Part shown: piece after piece, positions 38,006-46,504 of the stretch
Position numbering within the stretch: position 1 is the first letter of the stretch
How the letters are laid out: each line of letters opens with the position of its first letter
NCBI GenBank assembly: GCA_050186075.1
Contig: JBFWYU010000013.1
Coordinates: 6,185-70,184, forward strand
Reading direction: 5' to 3'
Source: Bacteroidia bacterium
Lineage (GTDB): Bacteria > Bacteroidota > Bacteroidia > SXHM01
DNA: 64,000 bases
The notes under the pieces: model-generated
The model's input: only the letters and a program-made list of their open reading frames with translations
The model's database searches: none
What the model was told of the DNA's origin: nothing
Program-made: the position numbers and the translations under genes

Positions 38006-39259
38006 TTAGTTCTTTACCAGTTTTGTTGTGCAGGATTTAGTTGATTCAACCGGTTGGATGGTTAGAAAATACATTCCTGGTATTAAATCCAGCTCAACAT
38101 CTCCGTTCAATCGTTCATCCTTAAAAACCAATTGCCCGAAACAGTTGCTGACGGACAGGTTAAACGCACCGTCAACACCTTCAATTCTGAATGAATTTTC
38201 AAACGGATTAGGATAGACTTTTACAGCTGAACCCCAACTATGTTCGTTAACACCAATAGGAATTGAGCAATTCGGGGCGATAGAGTCGGTAGTATAAAAA
38301 GAGGAGCAATTGTTGCAAAAAATACTTTTAAAGAAACAGCTTGCTCTTTGTGCCCTGAATACACTGCTGGCGTTTCTGAAAATCCCGTGACCTCCTGTTG
38401 TGTCTATTGTTATTTCGCTACAAATATTATTTGCTGTCAGCTCATTGTGTATGGCCCGGGAACCATTGAGTGTATAATGCGCAAAGGAATTGTCTGCGTC
38501 AATTAACACAGTGCTGTCCTGTTCTCCGTGAAAAGCAACAGTAGGAAGCAGCTCCTCCACATCCATTTCGCTTGCGGTTACGCCTCCCCAGTTATTAAAG
38601 ATGCCTTTAATGGAATAGGTATTGGTTAAATTATTGCCTGAGGTATAGAGATTACCTAATTCAACACCGGCAGCCGTTGTGCTATATAACAAGGATATAC
38701 TGTCGAGTTCAGATTGGTCGGCATAGACCATGCCCAGCGCAATGAGCGCGCCCGCGCTTTGCCCACCTGTAAACAACCAATTGGTATCTATTCTTACGGC
38801 ATTGACATTGTTAACAACGTATCGCATGGCCGCATGGCCGTCCTGAATGGCGCGGTATCTTGCCTTGTACTGCCCGTATTCAGAAAAATCGTGACCCAGT
38901 CTGTAATTTAGCGAGGCGCAGACAAAACCTCTTAATGCCAGGTGAATACTTAAATCGCGAATATCACCCGATTGTTTATCGCCCGATGAAAAACCCCCGC
39001 CATGAAACAACATCACAAAGGGACGTTTAGCAGAAGTATCAAGGGCTAAATTGGGATAGTAGAGATCCATAAGCAGGGGGTAGGGATTTCCCTGAAAGTC
39101 CTGGGCGGTGCCGTATTGAACATTGGTGCCGATGGTAATTTCGGTGGAGTCGAAGTATTGCACCTCGGTGTAGCGGGCATTATCGGTGCAATACTGCCCA
39201 TAGGTTTTTCCTGTTAAAACCAGGAGGGCTGCTGAAAGGATAAATAATTTAGTACTCAT
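38006..39259 (-). CDS. Secreted carboxylesterase (alpha/beta hydrolase) with a T9SS type-A C-terminal sorting domain
   Basis: It has a signal peptide, an HGGGF oxyanion motif, GGQSAGA (GxSxG), and a CTD (KVYPNPFENSFRIEG...GMYFLTIQ...KLVKN). Confidence 0.8.
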   Translation of the reverse strand: MSTKLFILSAALLVLTGKTYGQYCTDNARYTEVQYFDSTEITIGTNVQYGTAQDFQGNPYPLLMDLYYPNLALDTSAKRPFVMLFHGGGFSSGDKQSGDIRDLSIHLALRGFVCASLNYRLGHDFSEYGQYKARYRAIQDGHAAMRYVVNNVNAVRIDTNWLFTGGQSAGALIALGMVYADQSELDSISLLYSTTAAGVELGNLYTSGNNLTNTYSIKGIFNNWGGVTASEMDVEELLPTVAFHGEQDSTVLIDADNSFAHYTLNGSRAIHNELTANNICSEITIDTTGGHGIFRNASSVFRAQRASCFFKSIFCNNCSSFYTTDSIAPNCSIPIGVNEHSWGSAVKVYPNPFENSFRIEGVDGAFNLSVSNCFGQLVFKDERLNGDVELDLIPGMYFLTIQPVESTKSCTTKLVKN

Positions 39260-39369
39260 GATGTTTTATTTACTGTTGCGGCAATGTCAATAGCTATCGG
39301 GAGGGTTACATGGTAGTAGCCACCCGCTATGACCAACGGGGTTAACAAAGAAATACCCGGTGTTATAAA

Positions 39370-40812
39370 TTAGTACACCACCAGTTTTCGTTGCGCCCTC
39401 AATCCGTTGGTATTACTTAACTCTAATGAATAAATTCCGGCAGGGATATTTTCAAGACTTACCGATTCAATGTCGTTCAACAATGTGTTGTGGTAAATCT
39501 TCTGTCCGTTGATATTGAAAATTGAGATCTGAAACACACCTGCTTCTTTCAGAATTATAAACTCACCGGAGGAAGGATTGGGATATACCGTAAAACTGAT
39601 TGCCGGAGATTCATGAATACCGGCAGAGCAGGATGAAAATTTACCGAGCATATAAAATGCTGAGGAAGTTAGTGCGGGCTGCACACAACCGCCATGGTTC
39701 AGATCCCCAAAGTTTTGAATCTGAATATCGGGGGCGTCATTGGCCCGCCATGCCGAGTCTGCATGTACGGCATTCAGATAAGGCACTTGTTCATCCAGCG
39801 TGCAATAAGCAATTTTAACGGGCTTCTGCGGTGACCAACCCAGCAGGTCATTTTCGGCCAGTATCTGTCGCAGCGGATGATTGAGGTCGTTTTCAAATTC
39901 GGCAATCACTTCGTCTTTAATCATCTGCCGCGGAACCTGGGTACAAAACTGCGCTACATCATCCAGCGTATAGTCTCTGCTATACAGCATCGGGGGTATA
40001 ATGCTGTCATAAGGGTGCTTGAATACATCGGAAGGAGTAGGATACAACTGCCGCAACGAGGGATATACTGAGTGATAGCCAAGAAGCAGAAAGGGCAGAT
40101 AACCCGGAGTGGCATAGGGTTCATTGGAGAGCATTAAATCCACCATGGTAACATTCAGGTCGTAGGGGCCGCTCATGGGTGCCAGTGCCACCACATTGAA
40201 CTCGCTGGAATACTCTTCCTGAATCAGTTTTGCAGTAGCCATAGTGGTGTAGCCACCCTGTGAGTAGCCGGTAAGGGCCACTTCGCCACTGAGCGGAATG
40301 TCAAGTGTATCGGCTAACTGGCGTGCAGCCCGCATAATGTTGATGGATGCATAACCGGAGTGAAACTTATTGATGTAGGTGTGAATAAGCACGCTGGTGT
40401 CGCAGTCGCCCAGGCCCAGTTCATCGGGCATAGCAGTTACCACACCACCAACACCGGCAAAGAAAAACCCGATGGGGCGCTCAGGCCCGTTGTAGCTGGG
40501 CACCTGGTCCCACCTGCTGAAACTGCCGTGGGCATAGCAGCCCAGACCACTCGGGCACGCTGTGTTTTTTGGAAACACCACAATGCCCGAAACATTTACC
40601 AGCGAATCAATATGCAGGTAGGGTGTTTTGTAAATAACCTGGTAAACATCAATATCGTATTGCGGAGGTATGGGAAGGCTGAAACCCGAGGTTGTAAAAA
40701 AACTGTCGAGCTGTGCAACAGTATAACTCTGCTGCAGCGAATACGAAACCAACTGTGCCTTGCTGTTTCCGAAAATGAATAATGTAATTGCGAAGAGTAA
40801 ATACCGTTTCAT
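39370..40812 (-). CDS. Secreted lipase/esterase (secretory-lipase-like) with a T9SS type-A C-terminal sorting domain
   Basis: It has a signal peptide, GYSQGG (GxSxG), and a CTD (TVYPNPSSGEF...GIYSLEL...KLVVY). Confidence 0.75.
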   Translation of the reverse strand: MKRYLLFAITLFIFGNSKAQLVSYSLQQSYTVAQLDSFFTTSGFSLPIPPQYDIDVYQVIYKTPYLHIDSLVNVSGIVVFPKNTACPSGLGCYAHGSFSRWDQVPSYNGPERPIGFFFAGVGGVVTAMPDELGLGDCDTSVLIHTYINKFHSGYASINIMRAARQLADTLDIPLSGEVALTGYSQGGYTTMATAKLIQEEYSSEFNVVALAPMSGPYDLNVTMVDLMLSNEPYATPGYLPFLLLGYHSVYPSLRQLYPTPSDVFKHPYDSIIPPMLYSRDYTLDDVAQFCTQVPRQMIKDEVIAEFENDLNHPLRQILAENDLLGWSPQKPVKIAYCTLDEQVPYLNAVHADSAWRANDAPDIQIQNFGDLNHGGCVQPALTSSAFYMLGKFSSCSAGIHESPAISFTVYPNPSSGEFIILKEAGVFQISIFNINGQKIYHNTLLNDIESVSLENIPAGIYSLELSNTNGLRAQRKLVVY

Positions 40813-41089
40813 AGTGTTGTTATTATTTATATAGTGTTACAAATTTACAAATCAATTGCCTCGAAAAGTTTTTTTATACTGCTTTAGCTGATATACGTTG
40901 CAGATAGTTTACTTAAGGAACCTGTGAAAAGGTGTTGGTGCTGACGTTTGAGGGCCTGGCAAAGTGCGGGATAAACGCAATCAATCTTGCACCGCACCAA
41001 AGTTAATTAAAAGCACAAACGGTTGAAGTTCCTGTGTCAACCCCAATTACAACAAGCCTATGTTATAGCCAGTTTTTTTAGTCAGTCCT

Positions 41090-41329
41090 TTAAAGTTTAA
41101 AAATATAAATAGTCGCCATTGTCAACAAGTAAAGAATAAGAACTGTCAGGATTGGGATAATAGTCCACTTTAGTTTTCTCTTTTTGTCATTCTCCCACAG
41201 TAAGATTAAAATAACACCAATAATATATGTTGGTAGTCCAACAAAAATTGCAGAATATGGATTTAAGGTCAAAAGTCCACCAATAATAATTATTGTTTTA
41301 GCAAAAATTAATTTGTTATTATCTGTCAC
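41090..41329 (-). CDS. Hypothetical small membrane protein (2-3 TM helices)
   Basis: The 79-aa ORF is strongly hydrophobic and sits beside the mobile element. Confidence 0.35.
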   Translation of the reverse strand: MTDNNKLIFAKTIIIIGGLLTLNPYSAIFVGLPTYIIGVILILLWENDKKRKLKWTIIPILTVLILYLLTMATIYIFKL

Positions 41330-41359
41330 CCCCTGCTAGGCGTAATGTTCAACTCGTGC

Positions 41360-42068
41360 GGCTGAGCGGCATTTGCAATGCCGCTCGGAACATCAGCTAA
41401 TTTGCAATTAGCTTTTAACTCACCGTTTTCCATTTCAATGTAACGGGTATAATATCTAATAGTCCTTCCATATCTGCATAAACTGCTGCGCTTGAATAGT
41501 TATATTCTTCTGCTTTATTTACAATGCCGGCTCTTATCGGATTGTTATGTATGTATTCAACTTTACTTTGAATAAAATCATTTCCAAAAAGTTCAATCGC
41601 GTGGTTTTCGTGTGTCCAAACCTGATAATCGCCTTTCTTGTTTTGGCGTTTAGCTGCATGAATAAATAATCGCAGCATCCATTCTTTTCTGCTTTCAGCA
41701 GATCTTTCAATTTCTTCTATTATCTTTTTACTTGTGTATTTTTTGAAATCACGGATTGTTCCGCTTAAATCATTTGTTGTACTTCGTGCAATTATATGAA
41801 CATGGTTAGACATAATAACCCATGCAAAAATCTCTAACCCTTTTTCTTTCTGACAATGTTTTAAACTTTCTATTACTATATCGCAGTATGATTTCCTTGA
41901 AAATAAATCAATCCAATAAACGATTTGAAACGTGAGATAGTAAGGCGCTTCCTGATTTTTTATTTGATATCCGGTTGGCATTACTTTTTTATTTGCTGCT
42001 AATTTAAATAAAAGGCGGAAATGCAATTTCCTTTATGTTCCGAGCGGCATTACAAATGCCGCTCAGCC
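41360..42068 (-). mobile_element. IS200/RAYT-like unit: a Y1 HUH transposase gene flanked by ~32-bp hairpin-forming terminal inverted repeats
   Basis: The left end (41360-41391, ggctgagcggcatttgcaatgccgctcggaac) and the right end (42037-42068, gttccgagcggcattacaaatgccgctcagcc) are reverse complements that differ by 1 nt. Each end contains a 10-bp self-hairpin (gagcggcatt/aatgccgctc). Confidence 0.7.
41415..41981 (-). CDS. IS200-like / REP-associated tyrosine transposase (Y1 HUH family)
   Basis: SNHVHII is the HuH motif, and the C-terminal RIQVWTHENH...YIHNNP region carries catalytic-Tyr-like residues. The N-terminus (YYLTFQIVYWIDLFSRKSY) is typical of Bacteroidota RAYT-like proteins. I chose the ATG at 41981; the ORF track's 42026 start would be a TTG. 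Confidence 0.7.
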   Translation of the reverse strand: MPTGYQIKNQEAPYYLTFQIVYWIDLFSRKSYCDIVIESLKHCQKEKGLEIFAWVIMSNHVHIIARSTTNDLSGTIRDFKKYTSKKIIEEIERSAESRKEWMLRLFIHAAKRQNKKGDYQVWTHENHAIELFGNDFIQSKVEYIHNNPIRAGIVNKAEEYNYSSAAVYADMEGLLDIIPVTLKWKTVS

Positions 42069-42136
42069 TATCTGCCGCTTTGCATAAAGCCTAAAAAAGA
42101 ACATTCCGCTCAGCGGGGTTCATTTCTCATGAGAAA

Positions 42137-42242
42137 CGGTTTTTTCGTCATTGCGAGTTCGCCACAGGCGGACGAAGCAATCTCAATTTCAGCAATGAAT
42201 TCATATTAAGAGATTGCTTCGCTGCGCTCGCAATGACGTATG
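42137..42242. repeat. Copy 2 of the ~90-bp nested-palindrome element (cgtcattgcgag...gaagcaatctc ... gagattgcttcgc...cgctcgcaatgacg)
   Basis: The arm sequences and order are the same as the copy at 12938-13025. It is immediately adjacent to the RAYT element. Confidence 0.75.
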
Positions 42243-42336
42243 CCTTGCTCAGGGTAACAAAACACTCTTTCGAAAAACTTCTCCCCCAACGGGGTCCTCT
42301 ATATAATCCCATAACTAATAACTCATAACTAAAAAC

Positions 42337-43053
42337 ATGGCTACTTATAAAATAAGATGCAGACGAAACTTTAAAAAAATAAAAATTGACGAGCTGGACG
42401 TATTTGCGCTCATCGTACTTTCCGGTATTTATAACAACGTAATAACTTTTCCTATGCCAACTATTGCACAGGCAATGTTTCAGGCGTTGATAGATACGTA
42501 TATGACCAAGCGCTCGGGCTACAAAGGCGGCACGGTATCTAAAGGCGACTTTGAAATAGCAAAAACGGCTTTGATAAATGCCTTATTCACTCTTGCCGAT
42601 TATGTTGACAGTGTGGCGCAGGGCGATGTAAACATCATTCTGCTATCGGGCTACCAGCCTACCAAGGGCAGCCCAAGTGCAGCGGTGCCGCCTGCGCGTG
42701 CCGAAAATGTTAAACTTGAAATTGCCGCTCCGGGCGAAATGAACGGCAGCTGCGCTGTTGTGGCGGGAGCCGAAAACTATTGTGCCATATTGGCGGCAGA
42801 GGAGCCTTTACCCGTTAATACCAACATCAATGGCTTTGGCCAGCTGGTAGTAAATGATGGCGATGGCACAGCCACACCGGCAGCATCTGCGGCAGCATTA
42901 AGTGAAATTAAATTCGTGCTTGATTTCAACAAATCGCGCATCAAAAAATTCACAGGCCTTACCAAAGGCACAGTTTATTACCTCTATTATTTTTCTATCA
43001 ATGCGGCAGGGGTAAGTCCTTTGAGCATTGCGGTTAGTCTGGATGCGTGGTAA
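42337..43053 (+). CDS. Hypothetical protein (no signal peptide; Ala/Gly-rich middle)
   Basis: The 238-aa ORF is followed by a double terminator. The family is unknown. Confidence 0.45.
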   Translation: MATYKIRCRRNFKKIKIDELDVFALIVLSGIYNNVITFPMPTIAQAMFQALIDTYMTKRSGYKGGTVSKGDFEIAKTALINALFTLADYVDSVAQGDVNIILLSGYQPTKGSPSAAVPPARAENVKLEIAAPGEMNGSCAVVAGAENYCAILAAEEPLPVNTNINGFGQLVVNDGDGTATPAASAAALSEIKFVLDFNKSRIKKFTGLTKGTVYYLYYFSINAAGVSPLSIAVSLDAW

Positions 43054-43062
43054 AAAAATGTA

Positions 43063-43134
43063 GGGGCGGAAAATTTTCCGCCCTGAGAAGACACAGAGGT
43101 TCATGGCAGGGGCAGAAAATTTTCTGCCCCTGCC
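43063..43134 (+). terminator. Two tandem terminator hairpins (ggggcggaaaattttccgcccc and ggcaggggcagaaaattttctgcccctgcc)
   Basis: Both are perfect GC stems with AAAATTTT loops, in the same style as the hairpin at 21658. Confidence 0.7.
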
Positions 43135-43205
43135 TGTTTTTACTGTATAACAATAAATAATTATGGTCGGTATGTTTGATACCTTTGCTGTTATACACAG
43201 CCTAT

Positions 43206-43925
43206 ATGCAAAACTCCGGAAAATTTCTTCTTATTGCCTGCTTACTCTTCTGTTTCAGTACTTCGTTTTCACAGGAATATGAGGCGTATTATACCGATGG
43301 AAATGCAAAATTTCTGGCAAGTGACTATAACGGTGCCATAGCAAGTTATACCCGATACCTTGCGTTATTTCCCGAGGGTGTAAATGCCTATTATTCGCGT
43401 GCTAAAGCAAAAGCTTTTTCAAATGATTTTGAAGGCAGTATCCTGGATTTAGACACCTTTTTGCTCTTTACATTTGATTATGCCGATGCCTGGTTACTGA
43501 GGGGTTATGCTATGCAGCAATTAGGCAATTATCAGGGCTCACGTGAATATTTAAGCATGGCAATTGCATTAAAACCCGAACAGGGCGATGCCTACTTCTA
43601 CAGGGGATATGCAGCATACATGACAGATGATACAACTAACACCATTGCTGACTTTACCAAAGCCCTTGAATTAGGAACTACTGAAGCACCCATGGCCTAT
43701 TATTGCCGAGGATATACACGGGGCTTTGTTGCAGACTATGCCGGTGCCATTGAGGATTTAACAAAAGCCATAGAATATAATTCTGCGTTTGCCGATACCT
43801 GGTTCTATCGTTGTTTAGCTAAACTCAACACAGGAGATAATGCCGGTTCCTGTGCAGACTGCGCCAAAGCACTGGAGCTGGGCTATCCCGATGCCGCTGA
43901 AATAATTAATGAGTATTGTAAATAA
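43206..43925 (+). CDS. Tetratricopeptide-repeat (TPR) protein with a signal peptide
   Basis: It has multiple A..Y/G.A 34-residue repeats (AYYSRAKAKAF, AWLLRGYAMQQLGNY, AYFYRGYAAY, AYYCRGYTRGF, TWFYRCLAKL). I chose the internal Met before the signal peptide. Confidence 0.7.
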   Translation: MQNSGKFLLIACLLFCFSTSFSQEYEAYYTDGNAKFLASDYNGAIASYTRYLALFPEGVNAYYSRAKAKAFSNDFEGSILDLDTFLLFTFDYADAWLLRGYAMQQLGNYQGSREYLSMAIALKPEQGDAYFYRGYAAYMTDDTTNTIADFTKALELGTTEAPMAYYCRGYTRGFVADYAGAIEDLTKAIEYNSAFADTWFYRCLAKLNTGDNAGSCADCAKALELGYPDAAEIINEYCK

Positions 43926-44050
43926 CAGGAAGGGGTAAAAAATTTCTGCACCTTGTTTCTTTATAGTTGGACATGTAAGTAATCCACAAAATTTATTTGC
44001 TTTTAACAAAGCGATAGTTGACATTTGTTTGAAATTAAATATCCAAAGCC

Positions 44051-45712
44051 ATGATTAAAAAACTATCCATCCTTGTTTGTCTATTTATTTATGCAACAAA
44101 CAGCTTCGCGCAGATATGCGTACCTGACGGACAATATACCGCACCGGGTATCTATCCTGATAGTGTAACAGGTATGCCGGATGCACCTCTTAACATTAGT
44201 TATGCGGAAACAATAACACTGGTAATACCAACCGATACATCAACTACTATACCTACTGTAGAAACATTTACCATTAATTATTACAGGATTGATTCTGTAA
44301 TTGGTTTGCCTCCCGATTTCAGTTATAGTTGTGAGCCATCCAATTGTCAGATAGCAGGCGGCAGCAGCGGATGTATTCTTATATCAGGCGGTGCTATTAT
44401 AGAAGGTGATTACAATTTCACAATTTATTTTACACCTAATTTAACACATCAAACGTTAGGCACATTTGATGCTCCCGCAACTAGTATTAACAATAGAATA
44501 AGGGTTGGCGCAGGTTTAGGCTCTAACCTGCCCATTGCAGATTTCATAGTGCAAAGCACAGCTACAACAGGCGAATCGGTGTTGTGCAGCAACAACAGCA
44601 CCTATGCTACATCCTATAGTTGGGAGTTTCCCGGTGGAACACCCGCTTCATCTACTTCGCAAAATGGCACCACCGTTTATAATACAGCAGGCACTTATAC
44701 AATAACATTAACAGCAACTAATATAAATGGCTTTGATACCGTTCAACACGTTGTTCATGTAACAGGTCCTCCAACAGTAGTTCCGGATTCAACCGGCTTT
44801 TATCCTAATTGTCAGACAGGGCTTGCCCAGGCACAACTTGGAGTGTATTACAATGATACCATTTTTACAACAATACCCTCCGATACTACCATGGATTTTC
44901 CGGGTGTAGGCGTTGTAACACTTACCATTAATTATATGCAAATAGACTCTGTTATTGGCCTTCCTCCGGGAATGACGTATACTTCATACCCTTCTAACCA
45001 GCAAATAGCCGGAGGCAGTTCGGGCTTTGTTATTTTTTCAGGATATGCAGCAGATGAAGGCGTTTTTCCGTTCAGTTTATACCGCACCATGAATGTAAGC
45101 CATCAACTGTTGGGTACATTTAACAGTCCGCAGGATTCGGTCATGTGCGAACTAATTGTAGGGCAATATGTACCCTGTTCGGCAGGTTTTAGCCTATATC
45201 CTGATTCGATAACAGAACATAACTGGTATGCAGAAAACACCTGTACTGGCAGCGGCCCGCTTGACTATACATGGTATTGGGGTGATGGCGCTTCTTCAAC
45301 AGGTTCAAATCCATCGCACACCTACAGCACACCGGGCTATTACAATATCTGTGTAGAAATTACAGCTGCCAATGCCTGCACCGATTCGTATTGCGATTCA
45401 TCTGTATATATTTTTAAAACCGATGCCGAAATGATTTCAGTTACTGTTGTTGGAGGGCCTACCGGCATTGAAGAAATGGCAACTCAGCAATTGAGTATTT
45501 ACCCTAACCCGGCTAATGCGCTGCTTACCATTGAAGCACAAACAGGCAAAGGTATTTATCAACTCATTGACATCACTGGCAAAACCTTGTTACAGGGTTC
45601 GGTACCCTCACCAAAGTTCACCCTCGACATCAGCAGCCTAAGTAGTGGTGTTTATTTCATCAGCGTTTCGGATAGTGAAAGGCAGATGAATGGGAAGGTA
45701 GTGAAAGAGTAA
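44051..45712 (+). CDS. Secreted PKD-domain protein with an internal ~75-aa duplication and a T9SS type-A C-terminal sorting domain
   Basis: It has a signal peptide, two PKD-like segments (WEFPGG...TAGTYTITLTATN; YTWYWGDG...SHTYSTPGYYNICVEI), and duplicated blocks (TINY.[RQ]IDSVIGLPP...QIAGGSSG). The CTD is LSIYPNPANALLTIE...GVYFISV. Confidence 0.75.
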   Translation: MIKKLSILVCLFIYATNSFAQICVPDGQYTAPGIYPDSVTGMPDAPLNISYAETITLVIPTDTSTTIPTVETFTINYYRIDSVIGLPPDFSYSCEPSNCQIAGGSSGCILISGGAIIEGDYNFTIYFTPNLTHQTLGTFDAPATSINNRIRVGAGLGSNLPIADFIVQSTATTGESVLCSNNSTYATSYSWEFPGGTPASSTSQNGTTVYNTAGTYTITLTATNINGFDTVQHVVHVTGPPTVVPDSTGFYPNCQTGLAQAQLGVYYNDTIFTTIPSDTTMDFPGVGVVTLTINYMQIDSVIGLPPGMTYTSYPSNQQIAGGSSGFVIFSGYAADEGVFPFSLYRTMNVSHQLLGTFNSPQDSVMCELIVGQYVPCSAGFSLYPDSITEHNWYAENTCTGSGPLDYTWYWGDGASSTGSNPSHTYSTPGYYNICVEITAANACTDSYCDSSVYIFKTDAEMISVTVVGGPTGIEEMATQQLSIYPNPANALLTIEAQTGKGIYQLIDITGKTLLQGSVPSPKFTLDISSLSSGVYFISVSDSERQMNGKVVKE

Positions 45713-45740
45713 ATAATTACACAGAGAACAGCCTGAGAAG

Positions 45741-45790
45741 ACACAGAGGTTCACCGAGGAAAAAACAAAACCTCCGTGAACCTCTGTGTT
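45741..45790 (+). terminator. Terminator hairpin acacagaggttcac...gtgaacctctgtgt followed by a T-run
   Basis: A 14-bp stem, downstream of the stop at 45712. Confidence 0.65.
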
Positions 45791-45865
45791 TTTAACCTCC
45801 TGCCTTTCTCTGTGAAAGTTCTGAAATAAACTTAGTGAAACTTAGTGCCCTTAGTGGTGAAATTC

Positions 45866-46459
45866 TTACTTAAACTTTTCGTCCCCCACCTTGCAGGGCA
45901 TGATGTAAGAGATAGTCTGGCTGAACAGCAGTTTGCCGGTTTTGTCTTTCACAATAATCTGAACCGGAACACCGCCCTGGTGCAGGTTATCGCAAACCGT
46001 AAGCAACGATGATTGCATTACCTCCGGAAAATCCCTGATGTGCACATCGGCATCATTGGCCATCCATACTTCGGCAACGTTGTTACCACTTTCAAGCATG
46101 TATTTCACACACATAAATTCGTTCAGCATTTTGTTGCCTTCTTTGTTCAGCAGCTTGTAGGTGCTGAAATCAAAGTCGGGCTTTTTCAGTGAACCCGCAG
46201 GAATTTCCAGTCTTCCTTTTTCGTTCAGCATTTCTAATTTGCCTTCTTTGCTCAGCAGGCTGTAGTTGCCGCTTGAGCTGGTGCCGCTGTTAACGTAGCT
46301 CAGCAGGTGCTGTCCGTTTTTCATGTACCAGGTAATGTCTGATACTTCTTTGGTAGCCCCGTTTTCAGAGCGCATTACAATTTTGCCTTCAAACGTGCTT
46401 TGCGCAAAAGAAGTGAGAAGGTAAGAAAGTGAGAAAGTAAGAGAGAGTATTTTTTTCAT
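45866..46459 (-). CDS. Secreted protein, possibly DUF4412-like
   Basis: It has a signal peptide and a length (~200 aa) and composition typical of Bacteroidota DUF4412 proteins. This is a low-confidence family call. Confidence 0.4.
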   Translation of the reverse strand: MKKILSLTFSLSYLLTSFAQSTFEGKIVMRSENGATKEVSDITWYMKNGQHLLSYVNSGTSSSGNYSLLSKEGKLEMLNEKGRLEIPAGSLKKPDFDFSTYKLLNKEGNKMLNEFMCVKYMLESGNNVAEVWMANDADVHIRDFPEVMQSSLLTVCDNLHQGGVPVQIIVKDKTGKLLFSQTISYIMPCKVGDEKFK

Positions 46460-46504
46460 AATTATATTTTTTGTCTGTTTAAACTGCCAACTGCAACTGC
46501 CAAC

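Noticed and set aside
40880-41050. Possible SRP (4.5S) RNA because of a GGUGCUG...-like segment
   Set aside because: The conserved domain-IV GGAA/AGCAGC loops are absent and no helix-8 architecture can be formed.
41982-42026. Longer start for the RAYT transposase as given by the ORF track (MHFRLLFKL...)
   Set aside because: The codon at 42026 is TTG, and the extension would run into the terminal inverted repeat. The ATG at 41981 gives the N-terminus typical of the family.
42021-42209. 62-aa ORF spanning the RAYT right end and the palindromic element
   Set aside because: It lies entirely within the repeat and inverted-repeat sequence, has no RBS, and is an ORF artefact.
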